Positions 19,880 to 29,928 of a DNA stretch of 60,948 nucleotides are shown here, piece after piece (the first letter of the stretch is position 1; each line of letters opens with the position of its first letter). Where the stretch lies: NCBI GenBank assembly GCA_964610875.1, contig CAZSWP010000023.1, positions 1 to 60,948 of the forward strand, in the 5' to 3' direction. Under the pieces are notes generated by a model. That model did no database searches. It worked only from the letters and a program-made list of their open reading frames with translations, and was not told the DNA's origin. Source of the stretch: an uncultured archaeon. GTDB taxonomy: Archaea; Asgardarchaeota; Thorarchaeia; Thorarchaeales; Thorarchaeaceae. A program made the translations under genes and the position numbers.

Positions 19880-20059
19880 GGTTGCTAGCAGCTCCAAAAA
19901 TCCTAGACATGTTTCAGGAGGGGTTTATATACTCAGACAAGGTACAAGAATACTGAGGTCAACCTGACACGTACCATGACCTCACAGAGCCATTCCCAGT
20001 ACCGTTTTTGGGAAGACAATGCTCTGGTGTCCAGAATTGTCTAGAGTACAATGAACGGT
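19880..20059 (+). mobile_element. Non-autonomous ~180-bp element, copy 1 (IS607-like GG core)
   Basis: GGT at both ends (19880-82, 20057-59); interrupts the PAC2 gene; homologous to 25890-26080 and 32237-32270. Confidence 0.8.
19954..20059 (+). ncRNA. Predicted structured RNA of element copy 1
   Basis: TTTATATA at 19924-31; stems TGAGGTCA/TGACCTCA, CAGAGC/GCTCTG, TTCCCAG/TTGGGAA; loop ACCGTT complementary to terminal AACGGT. Confidence 0.6.
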
Positions 20060-20532
20060 AAATCCAACCATCTCACGAATCAAGCTCTCACTTAAAACCG
20101 AACCAGATGTACCACTGATCAAGCCTTTCTTCAAGACCTCAAAGGTCTCATTCTCCTGCAACTCCTTCATTTTCTCTTCTTCTGTTGCGTATAGCACTTT
20201 ACGTTCTGAAGGAATTCTCCTGCTACAAGAAACAAACACTAGGGAATTTAAAGACTTTCAAAATCCAATGGATTCCTTTCGCAAGCGCAAAGGCATCATT
20301 GTTTCATCACTATATCAACTGCATCTCGGTTTTTCAAACACCCAGGTTTATAATTATCCTCAGATTCTCAGTCGGTTCAGTAATCCGAGATTATAAGTAC
20401 TTAACAGTCTCATTTTTTCTGCTTGAAGAATACTCTGATGATTAACTATGATTTTCATTGTTCAGAAGAAAGTATACAAAAAATAGCAAAACTTATTCTT
20501 GAATGGTAGAATTGGAAATCTAGGTAAGCATC

Positions 20533-22320
20533 GTGGCGAAATGGGGTATCTATTCTCTTATGATAATATTATCAATATTATTGATTCAAGTTTTCCAACC
20601 CTTGCAAATACCATCACATCTGAAGGACATCTCTCAACAGCAGAATTTCAATAACACAGATAATGTAAGATCCAGCAATCAATTGATTCCAGAAAGTATG
20701 CAGATGGTGCTTTCCGAAGCATCAAACATATCGGTGTCATATGTAGACCATCATTATGGAGATACCGACGGGATAATAGACCCACAAGAATATTCCCTAA
20801 ATTTCAGTGATTCAGACACACAAGTGAGATTGTGTTTTGAACATAATGATTCACATCTATTTGTGGGACTAGAAGGTCCGACCACAGGGTGGATTGGAAT
20901 TGCATGGAAACAACATACTGAGAATTTTACAATTGATGGACTTAATCGAAGTGATATAATACGGGGATATGCTCCTGGAACAACTCATACAGATATCATG
21001 AGAACAAAAGGTTCAGACATAATAGAGATTAGCTATATCGTGAGATTCAGGAATGGTAGTGAGTTCGGAGCAGGGAAGTTTCCTACAATTGAAAATAATG
21101 AACCGATTGATGATTTGAATGTCCTTACAAAGTATAAGGAACAGCTTTATGGAATGCGAATAGGTGAAACAAGAAATTTCATGATTGATGCAGAAGATGC
21201 ATATTCTATGTCAGATCATCCATTTTATGGTGAAGATCTAGAATACACAATCACATTGGAAGCAATAAACAGAGAGGGAATCATCTATAATGAGAGTCCT
21301 TCTGAGCTTAGTGATGTCGAATTCAGTGACGATTATGGTAATGACACATTGAATTTCAAACAAGATGGTGATATGACGAGAATAGTTTCTGTGAATGCCA
21401 GTGATGATGGTTCTAAGACGCAAATTGAATTCATAATAGAAATGCTAAGCCTTGATGATGAAGACATATCAATCCTAAGAGATACTTCTAAAGGTGTGCC
21501 CTTTATTGTTCTAATGTCAGATTCCGAGGATTTAGAAGCTCAACCAACATATCACACTGATTGGAATAATTTTCATCCACTCGTTTTTCAGAGTAATGAA
21601 CAACCTATAACTACAATCCTACACCCAGAAACTGATGAATGGGATGGAATTGTTCAGCTGAACATTTCTACATATGACAATTCGTTTGTGAGGTCTGTGG
21701 CGTGCTCCTTCGATCATACTCTAAATTATGATGAATGGATTCAACTAAGCTACGATAGTTTTACAGATATTTGGACAACTATGATTGATACAACTCAAAT
21801 GGATCTTAATTGCCATCAAATATACATAGATGCTTGGGATCCATCTGGTGTAAATGGAAGAATATCTCCAGTAATTTATGTCGTTGATTATACTGCACCA
21901 TTCATTAATAATCCACCAGATGTTTCATTCTCAGAAATCGATACCAATAAAGAAATAGAATGGAATCCATCTGACCATAGACCTGTATCCTATATAATCA
22001 GCAAAAATGAAAGTACATACGAGCAAGGAACTTGGGATGGGTCCAGTATCTCTATTATCCTCGATGATATTAGTATTGGAACCTATGATTTCACACTTAC
22101 AGTCTTTGATGAAGCAGGCAATAATAACTCTGATTCAGTTATTGTCACCATATATCAATTTGTCATTGAAACAACAGATACTAATACAACGACTGGTTCA
22201 ACAAAAGAATTTGACCCTTTGGTTATCTCCTACATTGTAACTGCGGTTTCATTTGGCGTAATTGTGCTTGTAGTGGGGTTGTTGGTAAAAGGCAGAAAAG
22301 ATACCAACTACTCTTCTTGA
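20533..22320 (+). CDS. Surface protein: DOMON-like domain with inserted FKBP-like domain, Ig-like domains, TM anchor
   Basis: LFVGLEGPTTGWIGIAW (DOMON-like); IEISYIVR...GMRIGETRNFMIDAEDAY...GEDLEYTITL (FKBP-like); DEAGN motif; C-terminal TM. Confidence 0.7.
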   Translation: MAKWGIYSLMIILSILLIQVFQPLQIPSHLKDISQQQNFNNTDNVRSSNQLIPESMQMVLSEASNISVSYVDHHYGDTDGIIDPQEYSLNFSDSDTQVRLCFEHNDSHLFVGLEGPTTGWIGIAWKQHTENFTIDGLNRSDIIRGYAPGTTHTDIMRTKGSDIIEISYIVRFRNGSEFGAGKFPTIENNEPIDDLNVLTKYKEQLYGMRIGETRNFMIDAEDAYSMSDHPFYGEDLEYTITLEAINREGIIYNESPSELSDVEFSDDYGNDTLNFKQDGDMTRIVSVNASDDGSKTQIEFIIEMLSLDDEDISILRDTSKGVPFIVLMSDSEDLEAQPTYHTDWNNFHPLVFQSNEQPITTILHPETDEWDGIVQLNISTYDNSFVRSVACSFDHTLNYDEWIQLSYDSFTDIWTTMIDTTQMDLNCHQIYIDAWDPSGVNGRISPVIYVVDYTAPFINNPPDVSFSEIDTNKEIEWNPSDHRPVSYIISKNESTYEQGTWDGSSISIILDDISIGTYDFTLTVFDEAGNNNSDSVIVTIYQFVIETTDTNTTTGSTKEFDPLVISYIVTAVSFGVIVLVVGLLVKGRKDTNYSS

Positions 22321-22417
22321 AGCAAAAGAAACAGAGTTTGAAACACCTACGAAGGGAATATAGCGTCCCCTAATTGGAAACACACTAGAGGATGCTAAAT
22401 TCTGCTTGGATATGATA

Positions 22418-23419
22418 CTATCTCATTTTCTCTTCATAGTAATAGTTTGGCTCATAAGTTCTTGGCCATTCTGGTTTATTATCCAATATCTCCTCTATCT
22501 CCTCGATTGTGGATGAGCTCAAATTTACATTCGATGCACCTGTGTTCTCCACAACCTGTTCAGCATTTGTTGCACCAATGAGAACCGCCGAGATTTCTGG
22601 TCTTCTAAGAATCCAAGCCAACGCTAACTGAGTCATTGTAGCATCTAGTGATTTTGCTATCTCAGTCAGTTTCTTCAACTTTTCACGCCATTCGTCAGTG
22701 AGATATTTTAAGAATCCTTCATCTCTGCTGCCACGACTACCTTCGGGAATTCCATCATTGTATTTGCCTGTGAGAATTCCTTGATAGAGTGGACTCCATG
22801 TAGTAAAGCCCATTCCCAAACTCTTTGCAACAGCCATAATTTCTACCTCAATATGTCGGAACAACATATTGTACATTGGTTGTTCGACAATGGGTCTCTG
22901 AAGACCATATTCTTTCGCAATTGCGTGAGCTCGTTCAAGTTGAGCAGCCGTCCAGACGGATGTGCCCCAATATCGAACTCTACCCGAATGAATCAAATCA
23001 TCCATTGTTTCAACAGTTTCTCTCAATGGTGTTGATGGATCAAATCTGTGCAAGTAGTAAATGTCAATGTGGTCCGTTCCTAGTCTCTCAAGTGTTCCTT
23101 CAATAGCATTCATTACATTCTTTCTACTATTACCCCAATCAGTGATTGCATCACTAGTTGGCCAGAACACTTTACTCGATAAAACGATGTTCTTTCGGTC
23201 AATCTGTTCTTCTTGTAACCATTCACCTATCACTTGTTCAGCTTTTCCGCCTGCATAAATCTCAGCCGAATCTATGAAATTGACTCCCTGTTCTAACGCA
23301 GTATTCATGCATTCTCTAGCAATTCTGTCATCAACAGTGCTGCCATAGGTCAACCAGGACCCAAGTGATAAATCACTAATCTTTAAGCCACTTTTTCCGA
23401 CCCGTCTATATTTCATCAT
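22418..23419 (-). CDS. Aldo/keto reductase (Kv-beta/Tas-like)
   Basis: GKSGLKISDLSLGSW, DSAEIY, SSKV, YYLHRFD, WSPL..GILTGKY. Confidence 0.95.
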   Translation of the reverse strand: MMKYRRVGKSGLKISDLSLGSWLTYGSTVDDRIARECMNTALEQGVNFIDSAEIYAGGKAEQVIGEWLQEEQIDRKNIVLSSKVFWPTSDAITDWGNSRKNVMNAIEGTLERLGTDHIDIYYLHRFDPSTPLRETVETMDDLIHSGRVRYWGTSVWTAAQLERAHAIAKEYGLQRPIVEQPMYNMLFRHIEVEIMAVAKSLGMGFTTWSPLYQGILTGKYNDGIPEGSRGSRDEGFLKYLTDEWREKLKKLTEIAKSLDATMTQLALAWILRRPEISAVLIGATNAEQVVENTGASNVNLSSSTIEEIEEILDNKPEWPRTYEPNYYYEEKMR

Positions 23420-23707
23420 ATATCTCCCTGTTACGGTATAAAATTAACTATATTAAATATTCGAAATGACCATAAAATGAATGAATAGTAAAAGAAATAC
23501 AACAAAATGCTTTTGATGGCTACGAAATCAGGACGGAGTCAAGAGAGGAGATAGCAGGGCGTGAAGAAGTATGGTGGAGAAACAGTCACAGGAATTGAAA
23601 AGGACAAAGATGAATCTTAAGTTAGTCCGGCCTGAGATTTCTCCCACTTTTTCAGCTTCAGAATCCCTTAATTACGTATACTTCTCATAACTTACTAGTG
23701 CACTTCA

Positions 23708-24592
23708 TTGACTGAAACAATGGACAAAAAAAACTCTGAATCTACAAAGACATTTAAAGTGGGCAAGACCAAAGTGAGTCCAAATCTGAAGGCTTCGATT
23801 ATAAGAGCTTTGGATAAGATTGGAGGAATAAGTGAATTCATTCAACCGGGCGATGACATCATTCTCAAGCCAAATCTAAACACTGCAGACCCATATCCTG
23901 CTTCAAGTGATCCAGAGTTCATTCGTGCATTGTGTGAGATAATACTTGACGAAGGGGTCAAACGATTACGAATCATGGAGAGTTCCATGTTTGCTTTGGA
24001 CTCAAATAAGATTGCAGAAGATGTAGGACTCGATGAAGTAGCAAGAAACCTTGACATTGACCTTGTCATTTTTGATAATTATGAATGGGTCAAGCAAGAC
24101 ATTCCCAAAGGCAAGTTCTTCAAGAGAGCACAGTTTGCTAAACCTCTGCTTGATGATTCTAAGCTCGTTATAGTGCCTTGTCTCAAAACACACAAACATG
24201 CGGGTCTGACGGGAGCTATGAAACTATTTGTTGGTGCAGTGCGAGGAAGAAGCAGGCTCTTTATGCATATGAGGAATCTTGAGGAGAAGGTCGTTGATCT
24301 GGCATCATTTTTCCAACCTGCATTGATTGTTATGGATGCAAGAAAGATCTTCGTCACAGGTGGACCAGCTCACGGACAACTTGAAGAACCAAATGTCATT
24401 CTCACGGGAACTGATATGGTATCTATAGATGTCGAGGGAATTAGGATAATTCAATCATACGGTGCTGAGAACGACCTAAAGGGAAACCCATGGAAAACAC
24501 GACAGATTGCACACGCAGTCGAGCTTGGGCTTGGGGCATCTTCAGATGATGACATCCTTCTCATCGAAGACCAAATCTCATCAATAGAATGA
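23708..24592 (+). CDS. DUF362 domain protein
   Basis: IILKPNL, PCLKTH, LTGAMK, GGP...G, DMVSID. Confidence 0.88.
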   Translation: MTETMDKKNSESTKTFKVGKTKVSPNLKASIIRALDKIGGISEFIQPGDDIILKPNLNTADPYPASSDPEFIRALCEIILDEGVKRLRIMESSMFALDSNKIAEDVGLDEVARNLDIDLVIFDNYEWVKQDIPKGKFFKRAQFAKPLLDDSKLVIVPCLKTHKHAGLTGAMKLFVGAVRGRSRLFMHMRNLEEKVVDLASFFQPALIVMDARKIFVTGGPAHGQLEEPNVILTGTDMVSIDVEGIRIIQSYGAENDLKGNPWKTRQIAHAVELGLGASSDDDILLIEDQISSIE

Positions 24593-25212
24593 TAAGAGAC
24601 CTTACTTTGCGTTCAATCATGGATTCTGATAGACTGCAAAGACAAATAGAGTTCATTGCAGAGATTGACAAAGCAAAGAGTGTCATTCGTCAGACTTCTC
24701 TAATTGATGGTTCCAGACAAGAGAATGACGCTGAACATTCATGGCATATTGCAGTTATGGCAATGTTGCTTTCAGAATACTCTAATGAACCGGTGGACAC
24801 CTTTAAGGTCGTCAAAATGCTTCTCATACACGATTTAGTGGAGATTGATGCGGGTGATACGTTTCTCTATGATGGTTCGAGTCGTGATGACAAATTTGCA
24901 AAAGAAACTGAAGCTGCAGAGAGAATCTTTAGTGTATTGCCTAAGAATCAAGCAGATGAGATGTTAGAGCTCTGGAATGAATTCGAAGCAGGTCGTACTT
25001 CCGAAGCTAGATTTGCAAAAGCATTGGACTTGATGCAGCCTGTACTTCAGGGCTACTTCAATAAGGGTTGGTCATGGCAACATCATGGATTATCTATGTC
25101 CTTAGTCATGCAAATGAAAGAGCCAATTGAAGAGGGTTCTGAGAGATTATGGGAGTTCACACAGAACCTTCTAAGAGATGCTCTGGAGAAGGGATTCTTC
25201 CCCAAAGAATAG
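24589..25212 (+). CDS. HD-domain hydrolase (YfbR/HDDC2-like)
   Basis: ENDAEHSWH, LIHDLVEIDAGD, EARFAKALD. Confidence 0.92.
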   Translation: MIRDLTLRSIMDSDRLQRQIEFIAEIDKAKSVIRQTSLIDGSRQENDAEHSWHIAVMAMLLSEYSNEPVDTFKVVKMLLIHDLVEIDAGDTFLYDGSSRDDKFAKETEAAERIFSVLPKNQADEMLELWNEFEAGRTSEARFAKALDLMQPVLQGYFNKGWSWQHHGLSMSLVMQMKEPIEEGSERLWEFTQNLLRDALEKGFFPKE

Positions 25213-25287
25213 ACAACGGTGAATATTCGCTTACTCAACTACGTTCTCTACAGCTTCCGGTTCATTTGGATTTTCATGGGATAGCAG

Positions 25288-25749
25288 TTACTTTATCTCA
25301 TCCTCCTCGACCTTGGCTTCTATCTCAGGATCGACAATTATCCGTTCTTGTTTGAGACCATGTTGTAATATAACCACACCAACCAACGATATAATCCCAA
25401 TTATGGTTAGGACAGGCGGGAATCCAAAGATAGGGATGAGCCAGCCAAATATGGATATTTGGGGTATTGCTAACAGCAAAAGTATGGTGGGAGATAGTGA
25501 GTATACGTTATTTCGAATCTTATTCGGAATGGCATCAATTATCAATCTCTGAGTTAGAATTTCTGCAAACGCACCAAAGAATGTTGTACTTGCAAAGAGT
25601 ACAAACATCAAGATGATTGGGAGAATATGAGCCTGTGGAATTTGTATCAGCTCGATGGTCGTGAACGGAATCAATATTGAGATCATGTTCCCGGCATTTG
25701 GAACAGGTGGCAGTAAGAACATCAAGATAGCGAATACAATATAATTCAT
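25288..25749 (-). pseudogene. C-terminal fragment of an MFS-type transporter
   Basis: About four TM helices with QRLIIDAIPNKIRNNVYSL; the upstream part of a 12-TM protein is absent. Confidence 0.55.
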
Positions 25750-25889
25750 GAAGGAACTGGTAGAAGAAAATTCTAGGAAACGAAATCAAAGAAAATAAAT
25801 AACATTTCAATATGATTCATAAATTGAGCTCAATGGACAAACTTCCTTCATAAAAGGAAAATGAGGTTCATCAATATTGCTAAAGATGA

Positions 25890-25998
25890 ACCGTTCATTG
25901 TAAGTTGGACAAATCTGGACACCAAAGCTTTGTCCTCCCAGACAACGGTACTGGGACTGGCTTTGCGAGGGTAAGATCGTGTGTCAAGACACCCTCAC
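25890..25998 (-). ncRNA. Predicted structured RNA of element copy 2
   Basis: TTATATA at 26025-26019; stems GTGAGGGT/ACCCTCGC, CAAAGC/GCTTTG, TCCCAG/CTGGGA; loop TACCGTT; 3' end AACGGT. Confidence 0.6.
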
Positions 25999-26080
25999 TA
26001 AAATATCCTTACCGGTCCTATATAAGCACCTACACAACAATGTCAAGGTTTGTCCTGATTATTAGTATCTGTTCGCGACC
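25890..26080 (-). mobile_element. Non-autonomous ~190-bp element, copy 2
   Basis: GGT core at both ends on the minus strand; collinear with copy 1; inserted at the base of the hairpin GGTTCATC/GATGAACC that follows the 26092 gene. Confidence 0.8.
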
Positions 26081-26091
26081 CTGTTTTTCAT

Positions 26092-28650
26092 TCATTTTTG
26101 TTTATTTCTGAACATGATTACTATGACAACAATGACAATACCTGCAATTACTGCAGCCAAGATGTATATCATAGTGAAATCCGTTGGTGGAAGTTCAGTT
26201 TCGGTAGTGGTTGTATCAGTGGTTGTATCAGTGGTTGTAACTTCATTACTGACAGTAACAACGTGAAGTACCCAGTTCTCGTTTCCAGCATTATCCAGAA
26301 CTTCAACATGGATATCATGTTCACCATTCTCATAATCCGTTGTATTCCAGTCATAAGTGAATGGACCATCTGTTAGATTTGCCACAAGAGTGGTATCTAC
26401 ATATATCAGCACTCTCTCAATACCACTTCCTTCGTCGGAAGCTGTAACACTAATTGTTTCAGTGCCAGAAACAGTACTCTGATTCTCAGGTTGACTTATA
26501 GTGACTGTAGGCAGAATGGAATCTGAAACGGTATACGTGAAGTAGTTTGTTCCATCTTTGAGTTCAGATAGCTTTCCGTAGGTATCGTTTGCTGATACAT
26601 AGTACAGAATCGACTGACCATAGTCCTGACTGGGGATAGTAGCAATGAACGTTCCATTACCTAGATCAGTCATTGTCACATTCGTGAAAGCAGGACCATC
26701 AACTTGGTAGTGCAGTAAAACAGTATCCAAACTAGAATCAACCACGTCACAGGAGATTGTAACCTCTTGATCATAGTTTGGAAGTGATGGATTTCTTTGC
26801 AAGTTTGTTATTGTAGGTGCTGGATCCTCATAGAGATAGAAGTCATCGAATATCACCTCAATTCTATCATCACAATCAGCACTCAATTCAATGCCATAAA
26901 AGGCATCATTAAGAGCGACACCAAAATAGTCAAAATAATCCACACCAATATTGCGTACTGCAGTGTGCCAGACACCAGTTTCAGATGGTAGATCATAGTA
27001 TCCTGAACTACCCTCTCCTTCATCACGCGATGAACCATTAGCCAGTACATAGACGAGTGCATCTTCATCTTCAAAGTAGATTGATATCTCGACATATTCG
27101 TCCGTTAAATTGGTGAAATCATCAATATACCAAGAGAATGTCAAATAGAGCTCACTATCTTCAGTAATTGGCATGTATGCAAGCTCCTGTTCTGAATAGA
27201 AATAGTTTGAACCTTCAATAGTCAAGTTGGCTGCCTTTTCACCAGTGAGTGCGAAGTCAGTGACATTGATTTCATTTTGATAGCCAGAATCTACAAGTAA
27301 ACCATGGGCATTGGTTCCAACGGCACCTTCATCCTCGAAACCCATTGCACTCAATGCTGAGGCATGCAGATCCATATCATCAACTAACAATGTGATATTA
27401 GCTTGATACTCATCTGATTCTATTTTGAATTCAACAGACTGAACGATGACTTCACTCGTATCATTCCTAGCAGTTATATCATCATAGATACTTCTATTGA
27501 AGAGGTTCCAAGTTCCAGTTGTATTGAATGCTTCTGGAAAGATGATATGATAGCCTGAATAGTTATGCTTGAAAGTATCCCCATATGCCAAGGGGTAGTA
27601 GATACTGAACTCCTCAGTACCATCTTCGGTATGGTTCTTACAATTCACTAGTACATATGCTAAAGTATCCTTTGAATAAGCAGTCCATTGGTCAATTTGC
27701 CAATAGAATGTGAAACTATCCCTATTATTCTCAGTCAGCCGTATCTCAGGACTAGTGGAGAACTCTGCATAGCTCCGATTGTCGAGAGAATAACAAGACA
27801 TGTTCATGCTATAATCCCCACTCACTCTTGTTGTACTTTGAGAAACAATACCTGGGTCGTTATTCGATGTCAAATAAGCTCTAAAGTCACCAAATGAATC
27901 ATAGGTGTCACTCTTGTATAGACTGTTGTTATATACCTCGATAGTGTCTACAAAGACTCTAGAAAATCCGACAGAATAACTACGCAAATAGAAGTCAAAT
28001 CCTTCGTACTCAGTCGGAACCACAGAGAAGCCATCAATGTAATCAGCAGTAATATTTCTGTCAAAATGATACCACTCACCATAATTCGTATCTATCCAGA
28101 AATATCTGTAGCTAGTACTATTTGTCGCAGTGATACTGGAACCAAAGTAGTATCTCAGATACTTTGTACCCGGATTACCTAATCTGAACTCTAGCATGAA
28201 ATAGTCACTGTCAACAGGATTAGTAATTGTTTCAATATAGTAGTAGAACGACATTGTCAGATTCACAGGATTTACCCAATGCGTGTATGAACCCTCACCA
28301 ATACGGTGATATGCAAAATCTCCAGTATATGACCTGATTTGCATACCAGCACTATGTGTCCCATTTGCCACAGGCCACGGAGAGGAGGCAAGCCAACCAT
28401 AACTAGACATGGATGTTGATGTTGAAAGGTAATCAGGGTCATATGGGTCATTCCATATTTCAAAATCCGGATTCTCAATATGATTAGATGTATAGTCAAC
28501 TCTGTCAAGATTTATTGCAGATTCAACATTTTGTTTCTCACCTAAATTAGTCAAGAATAGGTGTGAATTGGCTAAATCCGATTGCATTGCAACCAATGAA
28601 GGTGCGATTAGAAGTATGGTAAACAAACACGCGGCAATTCGTAGTTTCAA
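26092..28650 (-). CDS. Surface glycoprotein-like protein: repeated jelly-roll-like modules, Ig-like domains, Thr linker, TM
   Basis: Signal peptide; three modules beginning xxFE and ending W...RN; ASD..SGI..V...VD and DNAGN motifs; TTTDTTTD; TM plus basic tail. Confidence 0.8.
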   Translation of the reverse strand: MKLRIAACLFTILLIAPSLVAMQSDLANSHLFLTNLGEKQNVESAINLDRVDYTSNHIENPDFEIWNDPYDPDYLSTSTSMSSYGWLASSPWPVANGTHSAGMQIRSYTGDFAYHRIGEGSYTHWVNPVNLTMSFYYYIETITNPVDSDYFMLEFRLGNPGTKYLRYYFGSSITATNSTSYRYFWIDTNYGEWYHFDRNITADYIDGFSVVPTEYEGFDFYLRSYSVGFSRVFVDTIEVYNNSLYKSDTYDSFGDFRAYLTSNNDPGIVSQSTTRVSGDYSMNMSCYSLDNRSYAEFSTSPEIRLTENNRDSFTFYWQIDQWTAYSKDTLAYVLVNCKNHTEDGTEEFSIYYPLAYGDTFKHNYSGYHIIFPEAFNTTGTWNLFNRSIYDDITARNDTSEVIVQSVEFKIESDEYQANITLLVDDMDLHASALSAMGFEDEGAVGTNAHGLLVDSGYQNEINVTDFALTGEKAANLTIEGSNYFYSEQELAYMPITEDSELYLTFSWYIDDFTNLTDEYVEISIYFEDEDALVYVLANGSSRDEGEGSSGYYDLPSETGVWHTAVRNIGVDYFDYFGVALNDAFYGIELSADCDDRIEVIFDDFYLYEDPAPTITNLQRNPSLPNYDQEVTISCDVVDSSLDTVLLHYQVDGPAFTNVTMTDLGNGTFIATIPSQDYGQSILYYVSANDTYGKLSELKDGTNYFTYTVSDSILPTVTISQPENQSTVSGTETISVTASDEGSGIERVLIYVDTTLVANLTDGPFTYDWNTTDYENGEHDIHVEVLDNAGNENWVLHVVTVSNEVTTTDTTTDTTTTETELPPTDFTMIYILAAVIAGIVIVVIVIMFRNKQK

Positions 28651-28791
28651 TTATGTTAGCTCCTTGTGCATTTTATGCATTCTTACTCCACATATAAGAT
28701 ACACTGTGATTTTGAGATAAAATTGATTGATTTCTAAAATTATACTTTTGGATATGTAAGTTTGATATTATTTTTCAAAGATTCTTTTAAA

Positions 28792-29045
28792 TCATATCAG
28801 ATGAAGTCCATTCCTCTTCGACAGTGATTCTACTACTTTCACAAAACGATATGATACAATGACATAGAATATACCACATACCATAAGCACCAACCATTCC
28901 AAACCTATAGGAAGAATAGTCACCCAAGAATCACCAAAACTATAGTATCTAATCAAGTTATAGTCCCATGTATGAGGGAGAAGGTATGCGGCCATTTGGA
29001 AAGGTAGAGATAAGATATACACTGGAAAATAGGCACCACAGATGA
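28792..29045 (-). pseudogene. C-terminal fragment of an ABC-2 type permease
   Basis: CGAYFPVYILSLPFQMAAYLLPHTW..LIRY...KRNGL; no N-terminal part. Confidence 0.55.
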
Positions 29046-29172
29046 ATTAGAGTAGTGTGAAAGGGAGGTCATTTATCGTTGATATCTGATGCTAAAAACT
29101 TCTTAGAAGTCAATTAATGGTTGCACAAAAAAGTAAAATCATCGAAGCACAGATGTACACTCAGGGTTTATT

Positions 29173-29925
29173 GTGGAAATACTCTATCTAATGCCCGGAG
29201 CAGGGATGCCTGAAGACGAGATAGAACGGCGAACTGAGATTACCAATCGAATATCTCGAAACGACTTTAATATCACGGTAGAAGAAGTTGGAGAAGGACC
29301 TCTCTCAATCGAATCATCAATAGAGGAATTCATGTCCGTAGGACCAATGCTTCATCGATTACGAGAACTTAGAAATAATCATCATTATGATGCAATAATA
29401 ATCGGTTGTGCTGGAGACCCAGGTCTACGTCCTGCTAGAGAACTAATGGACATACCGATAATAGGACCTGCTGAGTCATCCTACTTCTTCGCTTGTATGG
29501 TTGCAGACAGATTCAGTATTTTGTTGACACCTCAAGCAGGAATGGAGTCAGATTCAACAATTAGAGCATATGTGAGAACACTTGGACTTGAATCGAGGTT
29601 GGCTGAAGTCAGCTTCATTAATTCATCTGTAACTGATATGTGGTCTGCGGACTATCACAGCATTTTGGTAATGGTTGAATCAAAACTAGATGAAGCACAA
29701 ACAATAGGTGCAGGTTGTATGGTATTGGGTTGTATGTCAATGGCATTCCATCTTATTGATGATATTGTACGAAAAGAGTTCATTCCAATTGTAAATCCAC
29801 TGAAGACTGCTATTAAGACAGCTGAGGCATTTGTTGATTCAAAGATGATCCAGAGTAGATTGACATATCCACCAGCAGATTTGCAGAAACTCGATAAAAC
29901 ACTATTCGGGGGAAAGGAGGGATAG
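29173..29925 (+). CDS. Asp/Glu/hydantoin racemase family protein
   Basis: GPLSIES, IIGCAGDPG, VLGCMSM, PIVNP. Confidence 0.9.
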   Translation: MEILYLMPGAGMPEDEIERRTEITNRISRNDFNITVEEVGEGPLSIESSIEEFMSVGPMLHRLRELRNNHHYDAIIIGCAGDPGLRPARELMDIPIIGPAESSYFFACMVADRFSILLTPQAGMESDSTIRAYVRTLGLESRLAEVSFINSSVTDMWSADYHSILVMVESKLDEAQTIGAGCMVLGCMSMAFHLIDDIVRKEFIPIVNPLKTAIKTAEAFVDSKMIQSRLTYPPADLQKLDKTLFGGKEG

Positions 29926-29928
29926 ACA

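Larger units (their letters stand above)
19658..20305 (-). pseudogene. Proteasome assembly chaperone (PAC2 family) remnant split by an insertion
   Basis: GLISGTSGSVL...GFT and LLTPATASMPDPEGAAMIL...IDVDVTELEEQA join in frame once 177 bp are removed. The 5' part is degraded or missing. Confidence 0.75.

Noticed and set aside
19883-20059. The 177-nt insert as an mRNA intron or in-frame peptide insertion
   Set aside because: It has two in-frame stops, the structured strand is antisense to PAC2, it is too short for group I/II cores, no bulge-helix-bulge is evident, and the other copies are intergenic.
25905-26111. Small ORFs over the elements (SGHQSFVLP / SGHQSIVFP similarity; also 32242-32436)
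   Set aside because: The similarity comes from the shared DNA element; frames and stops are not conserved between copies.
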